From Callorhinchus milii (lineage: Eukaryota), in NCBI RefSeq assembly GCF_018977255.1, contig NW_024704743.1:70434001-70498000 (forward strand): a stretch of 64,000 nucleotides of DNA. Direction: 5' to 3'. This document shows positions 12,463-26,832 of this stretch, in pieces; positions within the stretch are counted from its first letter, which is position 1, and each line of letters opens with the position of its first letter. A program made the position numbers and the translations under genes. The notes beneath the pieces are model-generated. The model saw nothing but the letters and a program-made list of their open reading frames with translations, made no database searches and was not told the DNA's origin.

Positions 12463-13339
12463 GTAATCCTGCAAAGAGATTCTAGCAGGTCAAACTGGGG
12501 AGGTGGGGGAAGATTCATTACTTTTTTAAAAAAAAATGTAGCTTTTTCTTTTATTTGCAGCAAAATCGTCAATCGGCTGATATAGATCCAAAGACTGGGG
12601 CTGATCATAGCACTTTGTTGCATTTTAACAATGATCAATTCTGGCAATTTAAAAACAATGTTGTATTGTGTAGTTAATGTCATGTCCACAGCTACAAGGG
12701 CAGATCTCATTTTAAATTATTTTATTTCTTTATTAACCCTTTAGAATGCTACAGATGATTTATTTCATTTAGATGTAATCATGGAGCTTTTGATCCCACC
12801 ACACACAATGTGGCTAGAATTTTAGCATGAATGTTAAAATTTACAGTTCACACACTGTAACAAACTATATTACATTATTACATTAAGAAGGTGAATCAAA
12901 CTAGCACGAAAGTTACTAAATGAAAAGATAAACAATAAGGAAACTAAAAAGAGAGGAAGAACAGTACCAAGAAAGAGAATAAAGGACAGAGACATTTTTT
13001 AAAACATTTTTATCTGTTCAAGTTGTATAGAGTTAATGTTACAATAATAAAGCTAATTTGAGTTGCCTTATTAATGCAATATTATAGTTTGTCCCAGTAT
13101 GTAAACTGTAAACTTTAAAAGCCATCTGACCCTGGCTGAGGGATAAACTACAGGCTGTTCTCACTAGTCAGCAACTGTGCTGCTGACTTGAGTCTGAACT
13201 GGCCAAACGACTAACTGGATATGATCTTCTGGAGCCTGTTATATTAATCAGTTAATTGACTAGTCGACCAACTTCAAATGCCTTTAATTTTAAGTCTTCA
13301 ATTCATTCAAGAATTAAGTTAGATAAAATTCCTTTACAC

Positions 13340-13570
13340 AGAGGACAGAGAGAATGTGGGAATTCTTTGCCACAATGGTTGATGAAGTAGATTCTATAGG
13401 TTTTTCTAAAAAGAGAATTAGATAGGTGCTTGAAAAAGAGGAATAGTAAACAATGTGAATTGCCGGCACGAGAGTGGGTTTGGATAAAGTAGCTCAGGTC
13501 GAGAAAAATAGTGCAGATTTGATGGGCCAAATAATCTGTTTCCGTGTTGTAATATTCTACGATTATCTGA
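13340..13570 (+). mobile_element. CR1-like 3' remnant
   Basis: GGAATTCTTTGCCACAA..GATGGGCCAAAT..TTCCGTGTTGTAA, typical of CR1 3' ends. Confidence 0.55.
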
Positions 13571-14025
13571 ATTACAGACTTCTGCGTTGGTAGAAAATAC
13601 AGTCCTACTAAGCTGGAGGGAGCGGAGAGCGGGAGGGTTCACCTAAGTTTGACTTCAATAGTGTCAAATTAGGTTCCCAATAAGATTTCAACCAGTATCA
13701 AGATTAGCTGTCACCCGTACCATAGAGGATGTTGCGCCAGAGGATGCCTTTGATTCTACTATTGAAATCAATTGAGAAATTGAATGTTGGACGTCCTCCG
13801 GACGTGAAAGGCGCTAAATCAATGCAATTTGTTGTTGCTGATGATTGAGAGATATGACTTTGGAATCAGAAGGTTGGATGTTTTCTGGTCTCTCCTACCG
13901 AGCTGATGTAACCCGGGCTTATTTGATTGCAGAATTTGGAAATATTATACTGAATTCTGATTGGCTGAACGCTGTTGAGTATCTTCAAGCTTCATTGAGA
14001 ATAATCAGCTTCCACCAGATGTGTG

Positions 14026-14514
14026 TTTGGTTGGCTGAGTCTCTGGCACACGCAGTAACCCCTCACTGTGCTTATGAGCGTTCCATGCATCCTTCCTGCA
14101 CATGGATATTGCTGTGTCTTGAAATGGAATCCAGAATCTGCTTACCTAATTCCGTAGAGTATTAGGTGCAGGTTGACGCTTTGGGGACACTAGAGTGTGT
14201 GTTTGGGTACTCTTGGAGATAAAGCCACATAGTTTGCCATTGAGAGCAATGTCTGCTGTCCGCTTGTCCAGCTACGACCACTCTGCTTATTAGGTCATTG
14301 GCTTGGAGTATTAACAAGATACATCAAGCCACGCCAAAATGCCGGGCTGGCTGGAGGTGAGCTGGAGTACTGCAGAGCTGCCGAGCTCAGGAACCGGACT
14401 ATCTTGTCAACCACAAATGATTGACCTGTTTCTAACATTCTATTGACAAGCATCTCACCTTGGAGTTTGTTTAGCTCCTAGGAGACTGTTTTTCTCTCCC
14501 CCCAAGAAGATAGT
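14026..14514 (-). repeat. Unclassified diverged repeat, copy B (inverted partner of 7824-8400)
   Basis: See copy A; also GCTCAGGAACCGGACTA at 14385-14401 vs TAGTCCAGTTCCTGAGC at 7943-7959. Confidence 0.75.
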
Positions 14515-14884
14515 CTACTGAAGATACTGCCACAGCATGCTTTAACATGAGGCAGGGAAATATTGAGCTCCTTGGGACATCCTCCCTACATGAAAAGTGC
14601 TATACAATTTTAATTTGTTGGTTTTATGAGTTCTCCTCTTCAACTTGTAAGCAATAATGGCCCCATTGCCCAGGTGTGTTCTATGTGAATCAAAGCACAA
14701 GTTTTGAAAGTTCAAAAAGTTCAAAAAGAAAATCAAGGTAATGTATAACAATGAAGTATGAATTAGGTGACATTAAGGCTAGGTTTTAGAGGCCTATAGA
14801 TTGCAGGAGGAAGATACAGGTGAAACATTTCACAATGACACCCTATAAAGATACCTGTAAAGAGTTTGATTAGGAGGCAGTATG

Positions 14885-15211
14885 ATAATAATAATAATAA
14901 TAATAATCCTTGCATTTGATATAGCGCTTTTCACGTCAGGAGGACGTCCCAAAGCGCTTCACAGAACACACTGTAAAGTGAATTGACTGTATATTTGTGG
15001 GCGAACGCGGCAGCCAATTGCGCACAGCAATGTCCCACAAACAGTCGTAGATTGAAAATGACCAATTTAATTATTGTTTTTGGTTTTTTGGAGGGATTAT
15101 TATTAGGCGTGTGGAGTAAGGAAACTTGCCCAAGGTTTCGCCCTGCCTGGAATTGAACTCAGGTCTCTCACTTGCAAAGCGAGTGCTCTAACCACTGAGC
15201 TACAGGACTCC
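14885..15211 (-). mobile_element. Young full-length tRNA(Ala)-derived SINE, short subfamily
   Basis: GGAGTCCTGTAGCTCAGTGGTTAGAGCACTCGCTTTGCAAG head with TGC loop, B-box GAGTTCAATTCC, Deu-like core, (ATT)n tail. Confidence 0.93.
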
Positions 15212-17387
15212 AGATAAGCTTGATTTGAACAAAGTGAGAGTTTGGGGGAGGAGAAAGGACATCTAGAGACTGTTTCCAGAGTTTGGGGGCACATTCTGAA
15301 TTGGGGACACATACTAAATTTTTAATAAAATGGAGAAAGACAAGACAGGTTGTGATGCAGAGAAAGAGAGAGAAAGACGCTGGAGGCTACAGGTATGACA
15401 GAAAGAACACAAATCAGTTTCTTGCTTCCTGTCCTTGATTTAGAGAGAGATGCTAGTTGAAAGAGCCACCCCCGATAAGGGATCAGTATTCAAGTTACCA
15501 TTAATTCCAGGGTACAGAACAGACAGCCATCCATTAATACTTAAACACTGTACAAAATGATGAAAGCACTCTTGAAGCAGGAGGTTGTACGATTTTCATG
15601 ACTCTTAATATAATATGTGTATCCAATCAATTATTCAAATAATCAATGACATAATCAATTACTTTCAGTACAAAGCTTAAACAGACCTGAAATAGTTATC
15701 ATATATGCAGCTATATATTATATATTTACACTAGGTTGGATTTTCTAGTCTGGGAAATAAAAAGTTACACTCCCCAGAAGGAATCTTACAAGGTATAAAT
15801 AATAATCCGCTCAATGAATTTGAAACAACTGCCTTTTATGGTAAAATAAGATTATTGTTATTATTCAAGAGACAGCAGTTTGAGTTTCACTATGCCTTCT
15901 TCGCTTATTTACTATGTGGTATAATCATGAATTCCAGATAGAAACTACATGAGAAAAACATATTAGCATTACGTTGAGAATGTTACATTATCTTACACAG
16001 AGGTCTTCCAACAAACATCTGTGAAATCATGGAAGCGCAACAATTTTGGATTTCAAATGTCCTGTTAAGAGACACTTATTGTCAGGAGGTTATAGCTTTC
16101 CTGATAACGTTAGCATAAACCAATCCACTTGCTCTTTTTCTTTTTTCTTCATTAAAATATTGCTATCTCACAACATTGTAGCAAAATGTGTCATTGCTTC
16201 ATTTCACATAGAAAATGTCCATGTAATTTATTTATTGTGCGTTATGTAATACCCCTGGGGCTAGATTCTGAAAATGCATCTGCGATCATTTTTTCATCAT
16301 AATTACTGATTTCAGTCGTTAACAACAATCATTTTCGCTGTGACATTATTTTGAAAAGTGTTGCTTCACCTTTTGGTCCTAATACGGCAATTTTCCTCTT
16401 ATAGTCCAGTGGTTTGATGAATAATATTGAGGCTATGAAAAATGATTACTGAAAAAATGTTTCAGATTTGAATCGTTCAGAGTATCATACAAATGGGCAA
16501 AATTTACTATATAGAAACGTTTGTCATAATTTCCTGGAGGATTTTTCATTATCTCACTTAAGAGTTCTAAACCAGGGTCATTCCAGGTACTGGAGCACTT
16601 GAACTTACACCCTTATAACTCACTATACTGCTATTCTATTCATTTGGTTTCAAGGGTAGAAGATTGGCAATGGTGAATAATCATAACTTTTATTTTTCAC
16701 TTTTATCTATGTAGCGACAATAGGCAACAATATAAGGTCAAATGTAGTCCTACTACAAACAACACGATATTCTAGATAGTATTGTGACAATGCTGCTTTT
16801 ACCCTACCTGAAACAAGGGCCTTCATCTGCATTGCGTGTGATTCATATATGCTGAATCTGATCTCTTAAAATGACAAATACAGTTCGAGGAATTTTGTGT
16901 GCTGGTGTCTAAACTTCTGATTATCAAGATGCCCCCTCCTCCTCCATATGATCATTTAACAATATTAAGAATACTTTTGCCAGCAGTGATACTTAAGACA
17001 TATTTAAACTTTCGTCCTAAATTTTTAATTATGGTTCTACACACAGATTAAGGGATCCTACGATTTTCAGTTGAATGTAACTCTTTTGGAATAATTAAAT
17101 CCAACAGTATTCTAGCTAATTCTCATTGGCAACTATGCAACTATATATTTGTTCAGTGAGGTTTTTTTGAAATTCGGTTTCAGAACTGTCTCCTTTTGGT
17201 TTCTGAATAATTACCGCATCACCACTTTTACAGATCCACAATCTTCTCACATTCAAATAAAAGTTTTGAAGCAAATGTGCATGCTGATTAAAATTATTTT
17301 ATCCATACAGAGAAAGACATAGTTTCAGGCACATAGTGGAAAGGTATGCGCCTAACATGAACATCTGAATAAACAGATCCCAGATTA

Positions 17388-17537
<150 letters not shown>

Positions 17538-19374
17538 TCAGTCAGTAACAAAGAATTTCAATCTAGTTTCAACCATAGGCAGACATTACAAAGAAAATAT
17601 TTAAGATAAATTGCATGCATCCACAGTAAATCTATGTAACAGCTATTTTAATGAAGAATTCACTTTAGGTTTTTATTTCCTTGTTTTTAAATATTCTTCC
17701 TCTCTTCATAATTGCAACTTTATAATTATTGATTGATATCAATTATAGCTCGAAAACTCTTTAAACCCAGTGAAATAATTTAGTCACAGGGGATATGGGA
17801 TCAGGAGAAATGAAGGCTCATGTGGAATATGGCATGGACTCGTTGGGGTGAATGGCTTATTACTGTATTGTAACATTTCATGTAATTCTGTCACAGATGG
17901 TCATCTGCAGCTTTTGCAGAATGTATGCAAACGAATCTGAATCACAAATTTGTGAGTTTCATACATATTACCCTTGTATATAACACATATACAATTTGGA
18001 AATCAATAATCGGATAGTTATCGTTTCTTACTTGGTTGTAAGCTGCGATAAACTTTCAGGAAAGACCACTTCTATTTTGTTTTACTTCTACTGGACAATA
18101 GCATATTTCCTGATTAATGATTCATCTGCACAAAGTTATATTTTATTTGTAGACGGTATAAGTTAATATGGTATAAGAACTCCTATTTCTGCATTACTTG
18201 CATAAAATTAACTTGACTCAGTAACAATATTGCATTGTAATGTTGCTTTGTAACATGACTTTGCAAACCATGACTGAATATAAAATAACAATAATGCTTG
18301 CATTTGATACAGTACCCTTCACATCAGGAGGACATTTCGAAGTACTTTACACAACTAACTGAGAGCCCAAGTCAGCGGTGGGGGTAGGGAAACGGGAGAA
18401 GTTCATCGAAAGAGTAAATTATCAGTAGTCCTCATCCTCAAGAGGTTTGACCTGTTACAATGTGGTTGAATTTCATCACCATGTTATTTAATGATAGAAA
18501 GGCATTACTTAAAGTAGGACTTTACAGAGATGAACTAACACAAATGAAGACACTTTTAAAAATATTTGAATAGACACCAAATCAATACTGCAACTTACAA
18601 AAATATACTTTTCAATTAACAGTATTCTGGGGGAAAATGGAATTACATGGGGCTGTGCAACATACACTTTATAGAAGCAGCTAACTGTCATATTTTAAGT
18701 GATATAGAATTTCAAAGTTAAACTTCACGTTATCTTTTTTCTAGATTTTTCTGTTGCAGAAAAGTGCAGCCAGGTGCAAATAAAGTGCAACCCTTTGTGA
18801 ATTTGAGCCTCACTCAGCTTTGCACTTCAACTTGCCTGTAGAACACCGGGGATCCTTAACACCACCAAAACATTAACATGTATAACATACCAGTATTCCC
18901 ATGAAATTCAAAGTATTTTAAATAAAAGGTATTGCAGAAACATGAATTACAAGATGGGTCAAATCAACTTTGAGAAGTCATCTACAGCTGCTCCTTAGAC
19001 CATGGGGTCCGTGGGAGAACCTCACAAATGCTCAAACTGCTGCTTGCTGAGAATAATGGGTGACAAATCCCCAAAATACAATCAAGGTTGCCTTCAACTT
19101 TCTTGGAAGGCTGTAGACAGCCACAATGTACAGATTAAGAAACTCCCAAATCAATGAAAATCTTAAGGAGATTGTTTCAGTTGCAGTCCTGTTCCATTTT
19201 GCAAAACTACACAAAGGGCAGTAGGCACTATTTCTGAGAGCACCAAGTTCACAATGATAGCAAAGACACTGGCATTGATCATTCAGCTTAGTTCTAGACA
19301 TGGGTCTTCTTACCCCTTTGGTAATTTAGCAACAAGTAGAGAATAATACAGGCTTGACATCAAAAGATTTGTAC

Positions 19375-19689
19375 AGTCCTGCAGCTTAGTGGTTAGAGCA
19401 TTCGTTTTGCAAGCGAGAAACCTGAGTTCAATTTCAGACAGGGCGAAACCTTGGGCAAGTTTCCTTACTCCACATGCCTAATAATAATCCCTCCAAAAAA
19501 CAAAACAATAATAAAATTGGTCATTTTCAATCTACGACTGTTTGTGGGACATTGCTGTGCGCAATTGGCTGCCGCGTTCGCCCACAAATATAGTCAATTC
19601 ACTTTACAGTATATTCTGTTAAGCGCTTTGAGACGTCTAGAAGACGCGAAAAGCGCTATATCAAATGCAAGTATTATTATTATTATTAT
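19375..19689 (+). mobile_element. Young full-length tRNA(Ala)-derived SINE, short subfamily
   Basis: Highly similar to the copies at 14885, 53776 and 62752. Confidence 0.93.
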
Positions 19690-22600
19690 ATGTACCAAAA
19701 GGTGGAAGGAATGATACCATTAACTCTGGTTTCAGAGGAATAACAATTCTCAGAGTAGCATTAAACACGGATAATTCATCTGTTGGCCCAATCTCCTCAC
19801 ATTCTTTCCCTGTTTACACATGCCTACATTTTCATTATAATTAGGGAACACAGGAATATCAAGCTCAGAGATAGGTCTGGAATTCAAGCTACAGCCTAAA
19901 TAAACCAGTAGAAGCAGATAAGATCATGTATACTTCTTGTTTGCATCAATTGCCTAGTGGTGGAAGTCATGATACAACAAATCTAATACAATTGATTTTT
20001 CCCCCAATGTTCTACTTTTCCCTCCTGCTGGAACTAACTCTTTTGGGTTATGGTCCCATAAATCCTAGTAGCTTTGGCCCATATGCCCTGTTTCCCAGTT
20101 TGAGGCTAAACTGGAAATGCTGGTCAGGCTTTTAACTATAGAGAGAGTCAAAACGAACCTTGATCCTATTCTTGCTCAACATTTATGCACTTTCCAGCAT
20201 GAATCAATGGATAATGAACCATGTTTGATTTTATACCTTCCCTAGCCAAGAGGCACTTTTCATAATAGTTGTCGTTATGGCTCAGTGCTCGACCCACTAA
20301 ACCACTGGGGATGTAGTTTGATTTTAATAAAAATGGTTTTCTTCTAAGAGGGGAAGGGTGAAGAGAGAACATGCGGACGTGACCTTTTTTTAGGTGCATT
20401 TTCTTAGAAACTCCAACTGAAATGATTGTAGAACACAAACCTTCCTTCCTGTAGCCCCTTCAATTTTTATAGCGTCACAGTGAAGTGACAGGTGTGATCG
20501 TGTCACTGCCATTCTTATATGCGTATCTGCATTAGCATAACCACACAGCATGCCATTCAAGTGTGTTATTCTAAAGTGTTTTAAGAAAAATGTTTACATT
20601 AAAACCGAGTGATTTCTAAAGTAAATATATATGGCATTATTTTTTACCTAATTAGTCTTGTATATTAATCACTTATTTTATGCTCACAATCGGTAATTTC
20701 ATTGGCCACATCATCATTTTACAGATGTAAAATATCCATGGTATTATTGGACATACAATTGGTAAGTTATAATGTGGGGTGGTTCACAATATATTAAAAT
20801 ACATACTTATGTTTGGCAAATCTCTAGAGTTGTCTTTAATTCTAAAATACGTAATAGAAACGAATCACTGGGGAAAAAACATAAGACTTCACAGAACCAA
20901 ATTCCCTTTAATTACTATTCTATGGTAAATTTTGTTGTATTTGTTTATCATTACAGTGAGTTCGTCAGTCATGTGGGCATGACAAGAACCACAAGTTTCT
21001 GTCAAGAGTGAAGTCTATGATCTTAGTTACACCCACATGGCTGTCTCACAGCTCTGAAGGGAAATGCAACAAACTTTACATTCAATGTCATTAAAAAGGA
21101 ATTGGATCCAGACTCAGTGAAGACTATTTTGGAAAAGGAGTTCAGAATGAACTGAAGAACGTTGTGGGGTTACATAGCTTTAAAGGGTTTACCCAGAGCA
21201 ATGATCCTAAATAATAAAGTAAACTGAAAGTCTCAGCAGCAGAGTCTATTCAACTCATCCATTCTCGAAGAGCTTGTGAACCAAAGGGCTTTTCTTTAAT
21301 AAAATAGCTGGCATTCATTTCACCGCAATATTTTGTTAGAAAATCACAGATTTTCAGTGGAAAATGATACATGAGACAGCTTTACCTAAGTGCACAAGAA
21401 TTCCTGTAATCTGGTGTATAGACAGTAAAATAAAATAATTAATTATTGAGAATACTCTAAAAATCTACTTCAAATAATTATGAAAATCTTTCTGGAAATA
21501 TCTAGCTTTTTATAGGTGCTCCTCGGATTTAAAAAAAATCTCTATGTGATATTCAATCACATTCACTTTAACAAATGAGACTGAGATGAATTTTAGTTCA
21601 GAGACCTTGTGTGATTAAGGGTGAACGGGATACCACCATAATTTCTTTTCAAAACACTGAAAAGATGTTAGAACAATCCATCTTTGCACTGCAAGCCAAA
21701 CTGCACCCTGGCTCAAGATCCATTTCTAAACCTAAAGCAAAAGCTGTGTTATAACCTCTTCAAAATTATTCTGAAACATTAAAGTGAAACTCACATGAAA
21801 TGGGTATATGCCATCATTAAACTGAAAATTATGGTAATCTTTACAGAATTATTTTCCTCCTACAAAAGTAAGTCAAATTTTTAGAGAACTTTATTGCCTA
21901 TATTTTATATGTTTTGTTCTGTACTCTAACAACACTGACTTGGCATGCACCTTACTAGGATTCCTCTAGACCGAACAATGGTATGGGCCGAATTTGTTAA
22001 AATCCATAGCAACAAGAAAAGTAGTAATTTGTAGCAATACCAATAGATGGTTTGGCAAAATAGTGAACAAAGTTACACTTACATTTTAATTGATTATTAG
22101 TAAACTGGATTTTTTTGACATTTTATTTCAATTAATCATGGTAGAAAAAACACAGATATAATGAACATTTCGCAATGCCTTAGGGTTCACAAATCTGTAT
22201 GAAGAGGTTAATTATTGATGTACAGTAATTGAGTGGCTCAGAATTTTTTAAATGAACTACTCCTATATTCTTTTGCCATCACCCTTTTAAAATGGCTGAT
22301 ATTAAAATATACATAATGATGTTCTAATGAATGTGAAATATTCATGACAAACAGTAAGTAGGTTTGAGTAGATTTCTTATGTATCTCTGCAACAGACATA
22401 AAGTAACCCCATAATCCTTTTCTTTACATTTTAAAGCTGGTAAAAAAAACTTAATAATTCAAAGGCTATTGCGGAAGATAACTCTGGTGTATTAACATTA
22501 AAGATCAGAAAGGCTCTGTGAAGTTCGAACAAAGCAATAGAAGTTTTCCTAAATATTCGCTGTTCTTATCTTAATAATTATTAGGCATTCCTCGTGTGTC

Positions 22601-22750
22601 ATGTGTATAGCAGCAAATGCATTTTAAATCTTGAGACTATTAATCAAGAAACTTGAAAAAAGGCATTTTGCTGAGGGAAACACACTCTGAATTGAACTTG
22701 ACCAGTTTTAACATGTAGAAGTCTAAAATGCCCCAAAAATATGCCATATA

Positions 22751-23113
22751 CAACAGACCCCAGTTATAACAGGTAGCCAGACTCCCATCAAATGCAAGGC
22801 TTATTATAATATTCCAACCAGCTCCATAAACAGGGTGCTATTACGCTTCAGTATTCATTGCACATGAGTACAGAAAGAACGACGGCTCCGTCGGCGATTC
22901 AGAACATAAGGCAGTGTGGGGAATGTGGCATTGGCGACAATCTAATGACCAGAAGGTTGCTAATTTGGCTTCCCACGTGCCGGCTGGCTTTTCGTAGTAT
23001 CATTGAAGCCGGCACATGCATTTTGAATTTTTTGAGTCAGTAAATATTGGGATCCAAACCCCAATAAGCAAACCCATGTCGCAATAGAACATGTTATAAT
23101 AAGAGTTTCACTG
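22751..23113. mobile_element. Putative Tc1/pogo(Tigger)-type MITE
   Basis: TA-flanked imperfect TIRs: TA|CAACAGACCCCAGTTATAAC ... GTTATAATAAGAGTTTCACTG|TA; CpG-rich interior. Confidence 0.5.
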
Positions 23114-25020
23114 TAGTACTGAAGGTTTCACAGCTTACAAATGGAACTATGTTGTCAATCAAATGGCTCAACTGCAGAAAAGAGATTTAGAGAAACATAA
23201 AACCTAAAACATTTTTTTTAAAACATAAGGTTTTTAAACTGATAAAGAATTATTTTTACTTTTTTTTATTTGTACATAATAATTCTATCGTTTTATCCTT
23301 CAATCAATATTAGCATGTTCAAAACACTATTAATTGCCAGTGCAACAACCCTTTACATGAATTCCTTGCATGCTGTTAGGAACACATTAGGTGCGCACCT
23401 GCAACTCTCAAGTACGTGTCTGAACTACATCTGATCCATGTACAAAGAGCATTTCAACTCTTTCCACCAATACATCCAGTTGACCAGACCAGAAACCATC
23501 TGCAGTATACAACAAGCAGTTTTTAATTCTTTGCCCGCAATGGCTTAAGTGCTGCTGCATATTGCAAAGGATTTTTTTTGAGGGGGGGGATGGGCGGGAA
23601 GAGGAGAGACTAGAAAGGAAACGGGATAACAGCCATTTCACTGATGAACGGCAGGTGGTCCAGATAAACTCCACCAACTCAATGTCAACCTTTACCCTGA
23701 TTAATCTATGAAAGAAATCCCTGTGTACCAAATAATATTCAAAAATTGAACTGCTGGCAAATAGACAAATCTGGAGTCGGAGGAGAAATGTAAAATATGG
23801 CGTGCAGTTACAGACTACTCATTTGAATTTTTTTTAGAGGAAAACAGCAAGAAGACAGTGGCAAATAAAGATAAGTGCATACTGAAATGTGACTTAAGAT
23901 GATCCAAACAAGCGTGTTAATATGTAGTGTTGTCTTGCTAGACTTACTGCTATTTTTTGTGAACCAGTTCACAAATATTATTGTTAATAACAAACTGATA
24001 TTTTCACAACGAACAATATTTTTATTATTTTAATATTAACAGAACTGCCATTGAAAGCAATTTTGTTTCAGGAACTGCTTATTTAATTTATAGAAGCAAT
24101 ATTATCCTTCTCGCACATCCTAGGGGAAGTATATGTTCATGATATACAATATTGGATGTGGACCTAGAACTCTTCAAATCTTTTGAAAGAAATTTTATCT
24201 GATTTGCATGGAAACCTTGACCTTATCTACTGCTCCTTGGAAACTGAAGCACACCACTGTTAAGAATGTTGCTACTGTAACATCAAGTGACATCTTTCAG
24301 CAGAACATGCCATTCTACTGTGATGAAAAATGGTGTATCTAGCATTAACCCCTTCAAGACAGAAATACGTTTAAAGCTCCAAATCAATTTATTTCATATA
24401 CAGTATATGTTGAATAATGGATAACTAGGAGTGAATTGCAATCCAACTGAAGGAATCAGCAGACATTAAAGCAAAACTTGAAGTGTATAAATTTTATCTC
24501 AGCCCAAAGAATATATCACAGCCTTTAATTCACTCCCCAGCAACGGATATTCTGCATGACATTTATGCTGTATGGATGTTTGCAAGTAAATAGCAGGATT
24601 GGTGTAATTTTCCAGAACATCCGATTGCCAAATTAAAATTGCAAAGAATATTACACTAATTTGGAACATTATTGTGATGGTTTCCCAGAAATAAATCTGC
24701 AATGAACTACTGAGATTTTTTTTTACAATATACAATAGGGAAATGTAAATTTCCAATTGCTCATTGAAGATCTTTACAACAGTTTAATGGAATGTGATGT
24801 AAATGAGAAAAGCAGAGATCCTATCTAAATTTGAATTTTTGTGGGAAAAATAATAAAATCTCATCTTTTTGGTTTCTAGTTTTGGTGCAATCATCATAGC
24901 GTTCAAACCAACTGTACTGTAGTTCATATTTGATGCTATACACATAGGTTCAAATCTGGAGTTCATATTTTATTTGCCATAACTGTTTACAAAGTTAGTA
25001 ATGAAAAGTACTATAAATAC

Positions 25021-25144
25021 CTGTGAGAGGGGACATTCCTTAGCCAGTGTGCTCTGATTCATTTCTTTCAGTAGTTCTTTCAGAGCATTTCTAACAGTTG
25101 TGTGCATCCACTGTTCAGGTGGCAAGTCTTCCAGTTTTGGACAA
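25021..25144 (-). CDS. SATB1: SATB1 exon 5: [42 protein letters not shown] (CUTL domain)
   Basis: Not in the ORF track; translated by hand. Splice sites atgcag|T and CAG|gtattt; 124 nt; phase 2 to 0. Confidence 0.96.
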
Positions 25145-25438
25145 CTGCATAATAGAAAAAATCATATTAAAAAACAGTACACTTCAGAACAGGTTCTTGG
25201 TGCAACATTCCTTCAAGATAGACAGATTTCATTTGGTGCATCAAGCAGATGCATCTAGAGATTGCTCTCAGTCTCCTGATTGTTCTGATTAGTTAATTAC
25301 TTTATACAACACATCTGCTGTATTGATGCATGAATTATACATCAGCTGCATGTGGCGACTATTATTTCTTGTTACTTCTACCTTCTTGCTCCAATGCGTT
25401 TGGTAAAATAATTCAGGCATTTAGAGATCTGGGAGTTA

Positions 25439-25672
<234 letters not shown>

Positions 25673-26832
25673 TCATTAATTCACCTATAAAGTGCTAATA
25701 CTTCCAAACAAGAAACAAATAACATTCCTTAAAATTATTTCTGTCTGGTTCAACATTACGTTTCCTTTATTGTGCTAATGTACACAAAATACAGCTCAGA
25801 TTTACCATTAATCAATCAATCTGAATGATAAGTGATTAAGTACTCTTTCTCTCTTCCTTCCCAATAATTGTCTCAAACGTACTGTGCAATAACTGCTATT
25901 AGTAGAAATGACTGCTATTACAAGTAATTATAGAATCTATGATTCTAAACTATTTTATACTGGATTTCAACAGATATAAGCTACTGATTTTTGGAGGAAA
26001 CCTAAATGGAAAAAGATTAATACAAAACTACTTAAGATGTGCTGCTATAGTCTTTTGTTGAACTATAAACTGCTCTTACTAAACACAGATCATTAAAAAT
26101 GGAATTGATGTTTCTCTATTTGATCCCTGTTTACATGACCAAAAGAAACATGAAGAACAAAATCCCCCACCCAAAAAAACAATCAAGTCCTATCTTAAGA
26201 TGTATATACCATGCTTCCAACTGTGTTTAATATTCTCAATAGATTTTTTAATATGCTATGTGCAAAATACCTATTCAATGTCTGCAAGCATTTTCATTAA
26301 CTAGCAAACTACATAAAGTAAATGCGCATCCTTTTACATTGGTGATGTTACAACAATACACCTTATGTCAGAAAGGAAAAGGACATTGTATGTAAAATTA
26401 ATCCCTTAAACTCCAATTTTAAATGAACTAATTATTTCGATTTGTTTCAGTTTACAAATTTTAAGAAAAATAACTACGATAATTCCATTACAAAAATAAT
26501 TCACAACCTTCAAATGTCTAGTCACTATTCTCCGATTTCAAAATCATCAGCGCTGACCTGGGAAACTTCATTCATAATCATAAATAACGGAAAATCTCTT
26601 CGGCATTTCATCACATCACTAGATTTTTTTGTATTCATCTCTTCCATGTTCTAAATCTGAGCAGAACACGCTTGCCATTACCTTAGGTGAACAATACTTG
26701 AACATATCACCCAAAATAAAACACTTGTTGCTTTTCCAGTCTGTTAAAAACATTACCGAAGAAATATTTTATTAATTCACACAGAGAAAAACATTTTTTT
26801 CTAAATCAGGATATAAATATAAAATGATGTAC

